A stretch of DNA of 64,000 bases from Clostridia bacterium. GTDB lineage: Bacteria; Bacillota; Clostridia; TANB77; CAG-508. The notes under the pieces are model-generated. The model searched no databases and was not told the origin of the DNA. It saw only the letters and a program-made list of their open reading frames with translations. Below are positions 1 to 9,685 of this stretch, piece by piece. Position 1 is the first letter of the stretch. Every line of letters begins with the position of its first letter. Both the position numbers and the translations under genes were made by a program. The stretch lies in the NCBI GenBank assembly GCA_045531335.1, contig JAZSDU010000034.1:20314-84313 (forward strand), in the 5' to 3' direction.

Positions 1-521
1 GTGATGATTTTGACTTTGATTATTATAGAGATATGAGGGAAGAAAATGTAAAAGATTATATTAAAAAAAATGGACTTCCTCAAAAGAAAGGTTTAATGCC
101 ATTACTAAATTATTTAAGAGAAAATAGATATGAAATGGCAATTGCAACATCATCTAGCAAAGAAAAAACATATGGATATTTGGAAAAAGCAGGATTAACA
201 AAATATTTCCATGTAATAATTACAGGAGATATGGTATCGCAAGGAAAACCAGATCCAGAAATATATTTAACTGCTTTTAAAGAACTAAATAAAAGATTTA
301 AAAGTTTGCAAAAATCTCAATGTATAGTTATAGAAGATGCACCTAGTGGAATACAAGCTTCCAAAGAATCTGGAATGAATGTAATAATGGTTCCAGATTT
401 AATAGAACCAACTTTAGGGATTCAAGAATTATTATATGCTAAATGCGCAAGTTTACTTGATGTGAAAAGAATGTTAGAAAAAAGAAAAGATGTAAATCAG
501 ACAAGTTTAATTCGGAAATGA
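1..521 (+). CDS. HAD-superfamily hydrolase (beta-phosphoglucomutase-like), 5' truncated by the window edge. It may instead end at 540 if the in-frame CGG at 513-515 is read as a +1 site.
   Basis: ORF runs off the left edge. The C-terminal HAD motifs are present (KPDPEIY, DAPSGIQA). Confidence 0.6.
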   Translation, partial: DDFDFDYYRDMREENVKDYIKKNGLPQKKGLMPLLNYLRENRYEMAIATSSSKEKTYGYLEKAGLTKYFHVIITGDMVSQGKPDPEIYLTAFKELNKRFKSLQKSQCIVIEDAPSGIQASKESGMNVIMVPDLIEPTLGIQELLYAKCASLLDVKRMLEKRKDVNQTSLIRK

Positions 522-552
522 AATTTTAGAAAAAGAATAAGGAGAGAAAAAT

Positions 553-1992
553 ATGTCAAGAGAAGATTATGAAATAGTTATAGGGCTAGAAGTTCATAGT
601 GAATTATCTACAAAAACAAAAATATTCTGTTCTTGTCCTACTGAATTTGGAGGAGAACCAAACACACATTGTTGTCCAGTATGTATGGCAATGCCTGGAA
701 CACTTCCAGTTTTAAATGAAAAAGTAGTAGAATATGCTATAAAAGCAGGTCTTGCTACAAACTGTAAAATAGCAGACGTGAGTAAAAATGATAGAAAAAA
801 TTATTTCTATCCAGATTTACCAAAAGCATACCAAATATCTCAATTTGATATGCCACTTTGCGAACATGGATATATAGAGATAGAAGTAAATGGAGAAAAG
901 AAAAAAATAGGTCTTACAAGAATACATATAGAAGAAGACGCAGGAAAATTAAATCATGACGATTATGGAAGAGGAAGTTTAGTAGACTTAAATAGAGCAG
1001 GAGTTCCTTTAATAGAAATAGTTTCAGAACCTGATTTAAGAAGTAGCGAAGAAGTAGAGTTATATTTAAGAAAATTAAAATCTATATTAGAATATATAGA
1101 AGTATCAGATTGTAAAATGCAAGAGGGATCTTTAAGAGCAGATGTTAACGTATCTGTTAGAAAAAAAGGACAAAAAGAATTTGGAATTAGAACAGAAATG
1201 AAAAACATGAACTCATTTAGATCAATTGTAAGAGCAATAGATTATGAATCAGAAAGACAAATAGAAGTATTAGAAGAGGGCGGAAAGGTTGAGCAAGAAA
1301 CATTAAGATGGGATGATGTTTCTGGAAAAACTTTCCCAATGAGAGATAAAGAAGATGCACAAGATTATAGATATTTCCCAGATCCTGACTTAGTTACTAT
1401 TAGAATATCAGAGGAAATGAAAGAAAATATTAGAAAAAGCCTACCAGAAATGCCTGAAAGTAGAAAGAAAAGATATATTGAAGAATATAAATTACCTGAA
1501 TATGATAGTAATATATTAATATCATCAAAATATTTTTCTGATTTATTTGAAGGAGCAACTAAAGTTTGCAATAATCCTAAAGCAGTTAGCAACTGGATAA
1601 TGACAGATATAACAAAGGAATTAAACGATAAAGAATTAGAACCTATAGACATACCATTTACAGCTGAACATTTAGGAAATTTAATAGTATTAATAGATAA
1701 AGGAACTATTAGTTCAAGCATTGCAAAAAAAGTATTACAAGAAATGTTCTTAGAACCAAAAGAACCTCAAAAAATAATAGAGGAAAAAGGTTGGATACAA
1801 ATATCAGATGAAGGAGCAATAAAAGAAGTAGTATTAAAAATTCTTGAAGCAAATCCTCAATCAATAGCAGATTATAAAGCAGGTAAAGACAAAGCAGTAG
1901 GATTTTTAGTAGGACAAGCAATGAAAGAAACAAAAGGAAAAGCAAACCCACAAATGCTTAACAAAATGTTCTTAGAAGAATTAAATAAATAG
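553..1992 (+). CDS. gatB: Asp-tRNA(Asn)/Glu-tRNA(Gln) amidotransferase subunit B
   Basis: 479-aa ORF with a typical GatB N-terminus (MSREDYEIVIGLEVHSELSTKTKIFCSC...) and a GatB/YqeY C-terminal domain. RBS AAGGAGAG. Confidence 0.95.
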   Translation: MSREDYEIVIGLEVHSELSTKTKIFCSCPTEFGGEPNTHCCPVCMAMPGTLPVLNEKVVEYAIKAGLATNCKIADVSKNDRKNYFYPDLPKAYQISQFDMPLCEHGYIEIEVNGEKKKIGLTRIHIEEDAGKLNHDDYGRGSLVDLNRAGVPLIEIVSEPDLRSSEEVELYLRKLKSILEYIEVSDCKMQEGSLRADVNVSVRKKGQKEFGIRTEMKNMNSFRSIVRAIDYESERQIEVLEEGGKVEQETLRWDDVSGKTFPMRDKEDAQDYRYFPDPDLVTIRISEEMKENIRKSLPEMPESRKKRYIEEYKLPEYDSNILISSKYFSDLFEGATKVCNNPKAVSNWIMTDITKELNDKELEPIDIPFTAEHLGNLIVLIDKGTISSSIAKKVLQEMFLEPKEPQKIIEEKGWIQISDEGAIKEVVLKILEANPQSIADYKAGKDKAVGFLVGQAMKETKGKANPQMLNKMFLEELNK

Positions 1993-1993
1993 A

Positions 1994-2062
1994 CAAAAGG
2001 GGACAGACCCCAATAGTCTACACTTACAGTGTGGACTATTGGGGTCTGTCCCCTTTTGTCTA
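1994..2062. terminator. Long perfect GC-rich hairpin (caaaaGGGGACAGACCCCAATAGT...ACTATTGGGGTCTGTCCCCttttg), a bidirectional terminator
   Basis: ~25-bp inverted repeat flanked by A and T runs, between gatB (+) and a minus-strand ORF. Confidence 0.7.
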
Positions 2063-2068
2063 TTTTAC

Positions 2069-2386
2069 TTAAACTATTTCTTTTTTTATTTTATCCATTG
2101 CAAATGCACATACAAAAAATGTAGATGCAAATGTTAATCCGGTTTTAAACAATATAATACCTGAGTTATATAATACATGAGATATAGGGTTTAATATGTA
2201 AGAAAGAGAAATAATGCAAGATATGATACATATAATAAAAGAAAAATTAAATCCATATATCATTATTTTTAAAACTTTTTTATCTATATTTTTAATATTA
2301 TCTATTAATTTTTTTATCATCTGTATACCTCCAATTCTTTTTAGCCTATATATATAATGGTAACATGCACAACATAAATAAATCAA
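2069..2386 (-). CDS. Hypothetical small membrane protein
   Basis: 105-aa ORF with a hydrophobic C-terminal half. No recognisable family. Confidence 0.35.
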   Translation of the reverse strand: MIYLCCACYHYIYRLKRIGGIQMIKKLIDNIKNIDKKVLKIMIYGFNFSFIICIISCIISLSYILNPISHVLYNSGIILFKTGLTFASTFFVCAFAMDKIKKEIV

Positions 2387-2433
2387 AGGTAATTATTGGT
2401 ATAGATATATAAATTGCGAAATTGATTTAAACC

Positions 2434-2468
2434 CTGTAGGGGTCGCCCAAGAGTGCGACCCCTACAAA
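2434..2468. repeat. REP-like palindromic unit (GTAGGGGTCGC-loop-GCGACCCCTAC)
   Basis: 11-bp perfect stem beginning with GTAG. Same family as the GTAGGGG repeats elsewhere in the window. Confidence 0.7.
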
Positions 2469-2504
2469 CAAAAAAACAAATCGTTTACGATTTGTTTTTT
2501 CTAA

Positions 2505-2768
2505 CTATGCTAATGTATTTAATTTTTTTGCTAAATTTGATTTCTTTCTAGATGCAGTATTCTTTTTGATAACACCTTTTGAGCAAGCACCATCTATTTT
2601 TTTAACAGCATCTTTAAATAAGTTTTCAGCATTTTCTTTATTACCTTCTAATACAGCAGCTTCAAATTTTTTAACAGCTGTTTTATATTCAGATTTAATC
2701 ATATTATTTCTTAATGTTTTTTTCTCAATAACATCAACTCTTTTTATTGCAGATTTAATATTTGGCAT
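2505..2768 (-). CDS. rpsT: 30S ribosomal protein S20
   Basis: MPNIKSAIKRVDVIEKKTLRN... matches the S20 family. Terminator hairpin at 2470-2500 (aaacaaatcgtttacgatttgtttttt). Confidence 0.9.
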   Translation of the reverse strand: MPNIKSAIKRVDVIEKKTLRNNMIKSEYKTAVKKFEAAVLEGNKENAENLFKDAVKKIDGACSKGVIKKNTASRKKSNLAKKLNTLA

Positions 2769-2861
2769 ATGTTTTGCACCTCCTTAAAGTCAAAATAAAT
2801 TTCACTTTGTATATTTTAACACGTAAATATAAATTTTGCAAGTAAAATTAAAAAAAAGCAT

Positions 2862-3066
2862 AAAAAAAGGCTCCTCCTTGAGAGGAAAGCCTTTAACGCC
2901 ATAAACAAATGACGTTTATTTGAGAGGAAATTTCCCCTCAACCTGACCTGTTTGTCATGCTATACCATAGGAATTGGGTGGGTAGCCCGAGCAAAGCAAT
3001 AAAATCTACAAACAGGTCAGTATATAAACTGCTTACCTAATAGGTAAGTCAGGTTACATATGATAT
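2862..3066 (-). ncRNA. Candidate ~200-nt structured small RNA of unknown class, transcribed divergently from dgt and ending at an intrinsic terminator upstream of the rpsT promoter
   Basis: On the minus strand there are nested perfect stems (CTGACCTGTTTGT...ACAAACAGGTCAG, AACCTGAC...GTCAGGTT, CTTACC-tatta-GGTAAG, ATAAAC-gtcattt-GTTTAT). These are followed by the hairpin AAAGGCTTTCCTCTCAAGGAGGAGCCTTT and a T7 run. The locus has no coding potential. Confidence 0.3.
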
Positions 3067-3167
3067 AAATTTTAATATAAAAGTATAAAAAAATCAAGAT
3101 GTAAAAAAATGTAAATTTATTTACAAGTATATTATTTACATATATAATAATGTACAGAGGTGGATAA

Positions 3168-4322
3168 ATGAAAATTTTAGAAAAGGCAAAAGAGAATATG
3201 TTACTTAGAGAAAATATTTTATCTGAGTATGCATGTAAATCACAGGATGCAATACTATTAACAGAGGATAAGGAAGATATAAGACCTATATTTTTTAGAG
3301 ATATAGATAGAATTATCCATTCACTTGGCTATACTAGATATATAGATAAAACACAGGTTTATTCATTTACGAAGAACGACCATATAACTCATAGAGTATT
3401 ACATGTACAACTTGTATCTAAAATTGCAAGAACTATTGGGAGAAGCTTAAGGTTAAATGAAGATTTGATTGAAGCAATAGCTCTTGGACATGATATAGGC
3501 CATAGTCCTTTTGGACATAAAGGAGAAAAATATTTAAATGATATATGTATAAAAGAAAACATAGGTTATTTTTATCATAATGCACAAAGTGTTAGAGTAT
3601 TAAAAGAGTTAGAAAAATTAAATATAAGTTTGCAAACATTAGATGGAATACTTGCTCACAATGGAGAAATACTTATAAATGAATATAAATATGATAAAGA
3701 TAAAACAGAGCAAGAATTTATTACTGACTTACAGTCTACATTTATAAAGGAAGACTATAGTAGAAAAATAATACCTATGACATTAGAAGCATCTGTAGTA
3801 AGGTTATCTGATGTAATAGCATATATAGGTAGAGATATTGAAGATTCAATAAAAATAGGAACTATAAGAAGAGAAGACGTACCACAAAGTGTAACTAAAG
3901 TATTAGGAGATAATAATTCTAAAATAGTAGATACTTTAATTAAAGATATAATAATTAATAGTTTTGGAAAACCATATTTGACTTTTTCAGATGAAGTTTT
4001 TAATGCTTTAATGGGGTTAAAAGATTGGAATTATAAAAATATATATGCATCTGATGAAGCAAATAAAAATCAAGATATAGTGGAAAAACTTTTTTATAAA
4101 TTGTATTATTGTTATTTAAATAAAGTGCAAAATTGGGATTCGGAAAGTAATAATCTTTCACAATCAGAGAAAAACTTATTTGATTTTGTAGAGCAAAAGG
4201 ATGATGATACAGATATAAAAAGGGCAATAATAGACTATATTGCAGGTCAAACAGATCAATACTTTTTAAAAGAATGTGTAGAACATGTAAGAGATATTGA
4301 TATAGAGCAATTATATAAATAA
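3168..4322 (+). CDS. dgt: dGTP triphosphohydrolase-like HD-domain phosphohydrolase
   Basis: HD motif (HVQLVSKIA...GHDIGHSPFGH). Preceded by the -35/-10 promoter TTTACA-17-TATAAT at ~3119-3149. Confidence 0.85.
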   Translation: MKILEKAKENMLLRENILSEYACKSQDAILLTEDKEDIRPIFFRDIDRIIHSLGYTRYIDKTQVYSFTKNDHITHRVLHVQLVSKIARTIGRSLRLNEDLIEAIALGHDIGHSPFGHKGEKYLNDICIKENIGYFYHNAQSVRVLKELEKLNISLQTLDGILAHNGEILINEYKYDKDKTEQEFITDLQSTFIKEDYSRKIIPMTLEASVVRLSDVIAYIGRDIEDSIKIGTIRREDVPQSVTKVLGDNNSKIVDTLIKDIIINSFGKPYLTFSDEVFNALMGLKDWNYKNIYASDEANKNQDIVEKLFYKLYYCYLNKVQNWDSESNNLSQSEKNLFDFVEQKDDDTDIKRAIIDYIAGQTDQYFLKECVEHVRDIDIEQLYK

Positions 4323-4399
4323 ATTTAACGATATTACATAATTATTCTTTAAATGGAATATACTACATATAAATTGTATATAACGATTGGAGAATTATT

Positions 4400-4642
4400 A
4401 TGGATAATAAAGAAAGCGAAATTGAACTGTTGAAATCAATTATAAAAACTAAAAGAGAATTATTTATTGCTAACAAAAATTTTGAGTCAGCAGAAGATGA
4501 ATTAGTAGATTATTACTCATACCAAATAAAAGCAAGTAAAGCAAAGCTTGATTATTTAATAAAACAAGTAAAAACAAAAGGAATAGAAGTTGATATGATT
4601 AATAATTTAAAAATAGGATTAGAAGAAACAAGAGCAATATAA
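4400..4642 (+). CDS. YaaL-like DUF2508 small protein
   Basis: 80-aa charged helical protein immediately upstream of bofA, as in the Bacillus yaaL-bofA arrangement. Confidence 0.45.
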   Translation: MDNKESEIELLKSIIKTKRELFIANKNFESAEDELVDYYSYQIKASKAKLDYLIKQVKTKGIEVDMINNLKIGLEETRAI

Positions 4643-4701
4643 AGAGTAATATTAATAATAAGACGAGCATAATTATAGTATTATAAGGTAGGGATAAGCT
4701 T

Positions 4702-4968
4702 ATGAACAGTACTAATACTATAATTATTTTTTTAGGATGTATAATGACAATAGTTATATTTGGTAAAATGCTAATTTTACCAATAAAAATGATTATTAAA
4801 CTGATATTAAATTCTTTACTTGGAGGATTAGTAATAACAGTTATTAATTGGATAGGAATGGCTTTTAATATGCATATAGGGCTCAATTTATTTACTGCAA
4901 TATTTGTAGGCATACTTGGAATCCCAGGAGCAATATTGCTTGTAATATTTAAATTGATTTTATTATGA
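4702..4968 (+). CDS. bofA: Sigma-K processing regulatory protein BofA
   Basis: 88-aa two-TM protein with a BofA-like C-terminal region (GILGIPGAILLVIF). Confidence 0.7.
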   Translation: MNSTNTIIIFLGCIMTIVIFGKMLILPIKMIIKLILNSLLGGLVITVINWIGMAFNMHIGLNLFTAIFVGILGIPGAILLVIFKLILL

Positions 4969-5091
4969 CCCAAAGATGAACTGGATTTTGATAAAAACAA
5001 ATATCCAGTTCGTTTTGTTTAAATATATTGAAAAATAGCAATAAAAATAGTATAATAAAAAAAGAGTTGAAATATGAAATGAGGTATATAT

Positions 5092-5610
5092 ATGGTAGAA
5101 ATAAAAACACTAATTGATGAAGAAAAACTACATAAAAGGGTTGATGAAATAGCTAAACAAATAGAAGAAGAATATAAAGGAAAAGAAATAACTCTTATTT
5201 GTATTTTAAAAGGATCAGTGTTCTTTACAGTTGACTTAGCTAAAAGAATAAATGGAGATGTAAAATTAGAATTTATAAGAGTATCTAGTTATAATGAAGG
5301 GACAGAAAGCAGCGGAGAAATAAAAATGAAATTGGATTTAAAAGATAGCATTCAAGGAAAAGATGTTATTGTAATTGAAGATATAATAGATACAGGAAGA
5401 ACTCTTTCATATTTAATAGAATACTTAAAAATGAAAAAACCAAATAGTGTAAAACTATGTGCATTATTGGACAAACCAGATAGAAGAACAATAGATGTAA
5501 AAGTAGATTATACAGGATTTCAAATACCAGACAAATTTGTTGTTGGCTATGGATTAGATTGCAACGAGAAATACAGAAATCTTCCATATGTAGGATACAT
5601 AGAAGTATAA
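5092..5610 (+). CDS. hpt: Hypoxanthine-guanine phosphoribosyltransferase
   Basis: 172 aa with a PRTase motif (VIVIEDIIDTGRT). Followed by the terminator AATGGCAAAAAAAGGGGACAGTCCCCTTTTTTTGCCATT (5609-5648). Confidence 0.9.
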   Translation: MVEIKTLIDEEKLHKRVDEIAKQIEEEYKGKEITLICILKGSVFFTVDLAKRINGDVKLEFIRVSSYNEGTESSGEIKMKLDLKDSIQGKDVIVIEDIIDTGRTLSYLIEYLKMKKPNSVKLCALLDKPDRRTIDVKVDYTGFQIPDKFVVGYGLDCNEKYRNLPYVGYIEV

Positions 5611-5665
5611 ATGGCAAAAAAAGGGGACAGTCCCCTTTTTTGCCATTGTTTTAAAAGAGGTAAGA

Positions 5666-7453
5666 ATGTTTAATATTAAAGAAGAACTTAAAAAACTTCC
5701 AGAAAAACCTGGAGTTTATATTATGAGAGATAAAGAAGATAATATTTTATATGTTGGTAAGGCTGTTGTATTAAAAAATAGAGTTAAGCAATACTTTCAA
5801 AAAAATAGTAAAACAGCAAGAATTCAAAAAATGGTATCACTAGTAGACCATTTTGAGTATATAGTTACAGATAATGAGGCAGAAGCTTTAATATTAGAGT
5901 GTAATCTTATAAAAAAGAACATGCCTAAATTTAACGTGCTTTTAAAAGATGATAAAACATATCCATATATAAAAATAGATATCAAGTCTGATTATCCAAA
6001 TGTTTTTATAACAAGAAGATTTCAAAATGATGGTTCAAAATATTTTGGACCGTATGCGAATTCAGGAGCAGCTAAAGAAATGTTAGATTTCATAAAGGGA
6101 CGTTTTCAAATAAGACAATGCAAGAAGTTTAAAAGCAATCAAAGAGCATGCTTGAATTATCATATAAAAAAATGTCTTGCACCATGTGTAGGATATGTTA
6201 GCAAAGAAGAATATAAAAAACAAATAGATCAAATTATAATGCTTTTAGAAGGAAAAACAAAAGAGATAATTAGGGAGCTAGATAAAGAAATTATTGAACT
6301 TGCTTCAAAACAAGAATATGAAAAAGCAGCTGTTTTAAGAGATAAGAAGATTGCTATTGAAAGAATTTCAGAAAAGCAAAAAGTGTCTAACATCAATGAA
6401 AAAGCTATAGATGTTATTGGAATTGCTAAAAATGAGTTATCTATTTGTATAGAGATATTCTTTGTAAGAAACAGTAAAATGATCGGAAGAGAACACTATT
6501 TTTTTGAGAATTCAAATGAACTAACAGAAAACGAGACATTATCAGAATTCATAAAACAATATTATATAAATAAAATGGACTTACCTAATAAAATAATGCT
6601 TCCTGAGGAAATAGAAGATATTACACTAATAGAAAATCTTTTATCTGAAAAATCGGATAAAAAAATAGAATTTAAAATTCCTCAGAAAGGCGAGAAATTA
6701 AGATTTATAGAGATGGCAAATAACAACGCTAAAATAACATTAGAAAACAGAACAAAAGAAAAAGAAGATATTGTATTAAGTTTAAAAGAAATATTGAAAC
6801 TCGATAAATTGCCTAGAAAAATAGAATCTTTTGATATATCCAATATAGCAGGAAATTATATGGTGGCTGGGATGTGTGTAGCTAAAGACGGAGTGATTAA
6901 AAAGAATTTAGCAAGAAGATTTAAAATAAAGACAGTTTTTGCACAGGATGATCCAAGATGTTTAGAAGAAGTTGTAACAAGGAGAATTAAACATTCACTA
7001 GAGAATCCTAAAGGTGCTTTTGGAAAATTACCAGATGTAATTTTTGCAGATGGTGGAATTACTCAAATAAGAGCAATCAAGAAAGCAATAAATATGTACG
7101 AAATAGATATACCAGTATTTGGAATGGTAAAAGATGATAAGCATAATACAAAAAAACTGATAGATGAAAATAAAAACGAAATTGAATTAAATGATAATTT
7201 AATGAATTTTATAACTAATATGCAAGATGAAGTTCATAGAATAGCAATAGAATATAATAGAAAGCTAAGAGATAAAGATACAACTAAATCTAGATTAGAT
7301 GAAATAAAAGGAATAGGGGAGAAAAAGAAACAAAATCTACTTAAAGTATTTGGAAGCATAGAAGGAATAAAAAAGGCTAATATTTTAGAAATTTCAGAGG
7401 TAAAAGGAATAACAGAAGAATTAGCAAGAAAAATCAAGAAAGAGCTCTCATGA
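5666..7453 (+). CDS. uvrC: Excinuclease ABC subunit C
   Basis: 595 aa with a GIY-YIG N-terminus (GVYIMRDKEDNILYVGKA) and an RNaseH-like plus HhH C-terminus. Confidence 0.95.
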   Translation: MFNIKEELKKLPEKPGVYIMRDKEDNILYVGKAVVLKNRVKQYFQKNSKTARIQKMVSLVDHFEYIVTDNEAEALILECNLIKKNMPKFNVLLKDDKTYPYIKIDIKSDYPNVFITRRFQNDGSKYFGPYANSGAAKEMLDFIKGRFQIRQCKKFKSNQRACLNYHIKKCLAPCVGYVSKEEYKKQIDQIIMLLEGKTKEIIRELDKEIIELASKQEYEKAAVLRDKKIAIERISEKQKVSNINEKAIDVIGIAKNELSICIEIFFVRNSKMIGREHYFFENSNELTENETLSEFIKQYYINKMDLPNKIMLPEEIEDITLIENLLSEKSDKKIEFKIPQKGEKLRFIEMANNNAKITLENRTKEKEDIVLSLKEILKLDKLPRKIESFDISNIAGNYMVAGMCVAKDGVIKKNLARRFKIKTVFAQDDPRCLEEVVTRRIKHSLENPKGAFGKLPDVIFADGGITQIRAIKKAINMYEIDIPVFGMVKDDKHNTKKLIDENKNEIELNDNLMNFITNMQDEVHRIAIEYNRKLRDKDTTKSRLDEIKGIGEKKKQNLLKVFGSIEGIKKANILEISEVKGITEELARKIKKELS

Positions 7454-7522
7454 AAGTTGTAATATTTATTAAACACCCTGAATATTATAGTACAAGATAC
7501 TAAATATAAGGAGTGTTTAAAT

Positions 7523-7720
7523 ATGGTTGATATTACAAAAGAAGAATTTTGGGAAAATAGATATGAGGAAGTATCTAAAAAAGAAAAACAAAATAGTAAA
7601 ATAAAAGAATTTATTAGCAGACACAAAGTAATCACAACATTATTAATAAGTTTAGGAATATTAATGACAGTAAATACAATTTTGATATATAATTTCTTTA
7701 AAATATTAACAGAGATGTAA
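7523..7720 (+). CDS. Hypothetical small membrane protein
   Basis: 65-aa ORF with a good RBS (AAGGAG) and one C-terminal TM segment. Confidence 0.3.
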   Translation: MVDITKEEFWENRYEEVSKKEKQNSKIKEFISRHKVITTLLISLGILMTVNTILIYNFFKILTEM

Positions 7721-7764
7721 ATAATTAGATAGATTATAATTTATAGTAATAAAAGGAGTAAACA

Positions 7765-8626
7765 ATGAATATAGCAAAAGATTGGAAAGATTATGAAATA
7801 ATTGATATGGCAAATGGGGAAAAACTAGAAAGATGGAAGAATGTAAAATTAGTAAGACCAGACCCACAAATTATTTGGAAAGAAAAATCATTTCCAAAAG
7901 AATGGAACTCTGCAAATGCCGTATATAAAAGAAGCAATAAAGGAGGAGGGGGTTGGAGTTATAAAACTAAACTTCCTGAGAGCTGGCAAATAAAATATAA
8001 AGATCTTACATTTAATATAAAACCAATGGGATTTAAGCATACAGGACTTTTTCCAGAACAAGCTGTAAATTGGGATTGGATGATTGATAAAATAAAAAAT
8101 GCAAAGAGAGATATAAAAGTATTAAATTTATTTGCATATACAGGAGGAGCATCTGTTGCATGCCTTTATGCAGGAGCTTCTGTTTGTCATGTTGATAGTT
8201 CAAAGGGAATGGTGGCATGGGCGAAAGAAAATGTCACATCTTCAAAACTTCAAAATAGACCAATTAGATATATAGTAGATGACGTAGTTAAATTTGTAAA
8301 CAGAGAGATAAGAAGAGGAAATAAATATGATGCAATTATAATGGATCCTCCATCGTATGGAAGAGGAGCTTCTCGGAGAAGTATGGCAATTTGAAAACAA
8401 TATATCTGATTTAATAAAATTATGTTCAAATGTTCTGAGCGATAAACCACTATTTTTCTTAATAAATTCATACACAACGGGAATATCATCAGAGGTTTTA
8501 GGAAATCTATTAAGGCTTAATTTGAATAAATATAATGGAAAGATTTCAGCAGGAGAAATTGGACTTCCAATGACTAATTCTAAATTGATACTTCCTTGCG
8601 GCATTTACGGAAGATGGGAAAACTGA
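7765..8626 (+). CDS. Class I SAM-dependent rRNA methyltransferase (RlmI/YwbD-like). The frame is broken at the in-frame CGG at 8374-8376, after which the conserved sequence continues in the +1 frame.
   Basis: ...DPPSYGRGAS | GEVWQFENN... becomes contiguous only if the C at 8374 is skipped (TCT CGG A -> TCT GGA). The methyltransferase motifs lie on both sides of the break. Confidence 0.75.
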
Positions 8627-8649
8627 TTATGTACATTTTATAAAACTTA

Positions 8650-8700
8650 AAAAATCATATATGAAAATAAGGAATAAAAATTTTCATATATGATTTTTTT
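8650..8700. terminator. AT-rich perfect hairpin (AAAAAATCATATATGAAAA...TTTTCATATATGATTTTTT)
   Basis: 19-bp inverted repeat followed by a T run, downstream of the methyltransferase gene. Confidence 0.6.
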
Positions 8701-8772
8701 GATTTCATAAGTAAAAGCAAAATTACAGATAAATTGAATATAAAATCATCTTAATAAATGAGGTGATTTTAT

Positions 8773-9411
8773 TTGGTAGAAAAGTTGTGTAATAAAATAA
8801 CAAGAAAGATTCAGAATAAAATGCCAGAAATAGATGAAGAAAGAGCAGAAATTATAAATTATGGACTTCAATTAGTATTTGGAGAAATTCCAAAAACTTT
8901 TATATTGCTATTTATTGCTTATATATTTGGGGTTCTAGAACTTTCAATATTAGCATTAATTTTTATAATGCCATATAGGACTTTCTCAGGAGGAGTACAT
9001 CTAAAAACTCATATTGGATGCATAGTTGCAACAAGTTTAATGTACACAGGAAATGCATTTTTAAGTAAAAGTATTGTTATAGAACCATTGTATATAAAGT
9101 ATACCGTTATAGCTTTAGTATGGATTTTTAGTATGTTTATGATTAAATTATATGCTCCTGCAGATACAGAATCAGTTCCAATTTTAAGGAAAAAGGATAG
9201 AGATTTAAAGAGAAAATTATCTTATATAACTATGACATTAACTTTAGTAATTGCAATTTTTATAAACAGCTCTACAATATCAAATTTATTGATATTTGGA
9301 ACCTTAATCCAAACAATTACAATAACAAGATTTATCTATAAAATAACAAATAATAAATATGGACATGAAGAATATGTAAGAGCTAATAAGATAATAGATA
9401 ATTTAGCCTAA
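8773..9411 (+). CDS. agrB: Accessory gene regulator B (AgrD-processing membrane peptidase)
   Basis: 212-aa polytopic membrane protein of the AgrB family (MPYRTFSGGVHLKTHIGC...), immediately followed by a 39-aa AgrD-like ORF. Confidence 0.8.
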   Translation: MVEKLCNKITRKIQNKMPEIDEERAEIINYGLQLVFGEIPKTFILLFIAYIFGVLELSILALIFIMPYRTFSGGVHLKTHIGCIVATSLMYTGNAFLSKSIVIEPLYIKYTVIALVWIFSMFMIKLYAPADTESVPILRKKDRDLKRKLSYITMTLTLVIAIFINSSTISNLLIFGTLIQTITITRFIYKITNNKYGHEEYVRANKIIDNLA

Positions 9412-9455
9412 CTTAAAAATACATATACAAAACAAAAGATAAAGGAGGGATAAAT

Positions 9456-9575
9456 ATGTTAAAACTATTAGCAAAGGTTGCAGAAAAATATGCAAAATCT
9501 ACAAATACAGCATGTATGTTTTGGATTTCTTGGCATCAACCAAAAATGCCAGCATCTTTAATAAAAAAAGATTAA
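9456..9575 (+). CDS. agrD: Autoinducing peptide precursor AgrD
   Basis: MLKLLAKVAEKYAKSTNTACMFWISWHQPKMPASLIKKD: amphipathic leader, a single Cys, and a conserved HQPKMP..L C-terminal recognition tail. Strong RBS AAAGGAGGG. Confidence 0.65.
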   Translation: MLKLLAKVAEKYAKSTNTACMFWISWHQPKMPASLIKKD

Positions 9576-9600
9576 TTAAACAACAAGTTGATTTCATACA

Positions 9601-9630
9601 AAAAGAAGCTGATTCGACACAGCTTCTTTA
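9601..9630. terminator. Hairpin AAAGAAGCTGattcgacaCAGCTTCTTT between the convergent agrBD and agrCA
   Basis: 10-bp stem, T-rich on both sides. Confidence 0.5.
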
Positions 9631-9685
9631 TTATGTAATAGGAAAGTTTGACTTTATTGCCTGTTGAAACTTCCTCTTTTCTTGT

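Noticed and set aside
963-1951. Minus-strand ORFs antisense to gatB (963-1208, 1365-1721, 1709-1951), and similar shadow ORFs antisense to ftsH, cysS, uvrC and bofA
   Set aside because: These are low-complexity Leu/Phe/Ile-rich translations typical of antisense frames in AT-rich DNA. They have no RBS, and each is fully contained in a strongly supported gene on the other strand.
2862-3066. tRNA, tmRNA or RNase P identity for the structured region upstream of rpsT
   Set aside because: There is no cloverleaf with a T-loop GTTCRANYC and no CCA or tmRNA tag-reading frame. The length and motifs do not match RNase P. It is kept only as an unclassified sRNA candidate.
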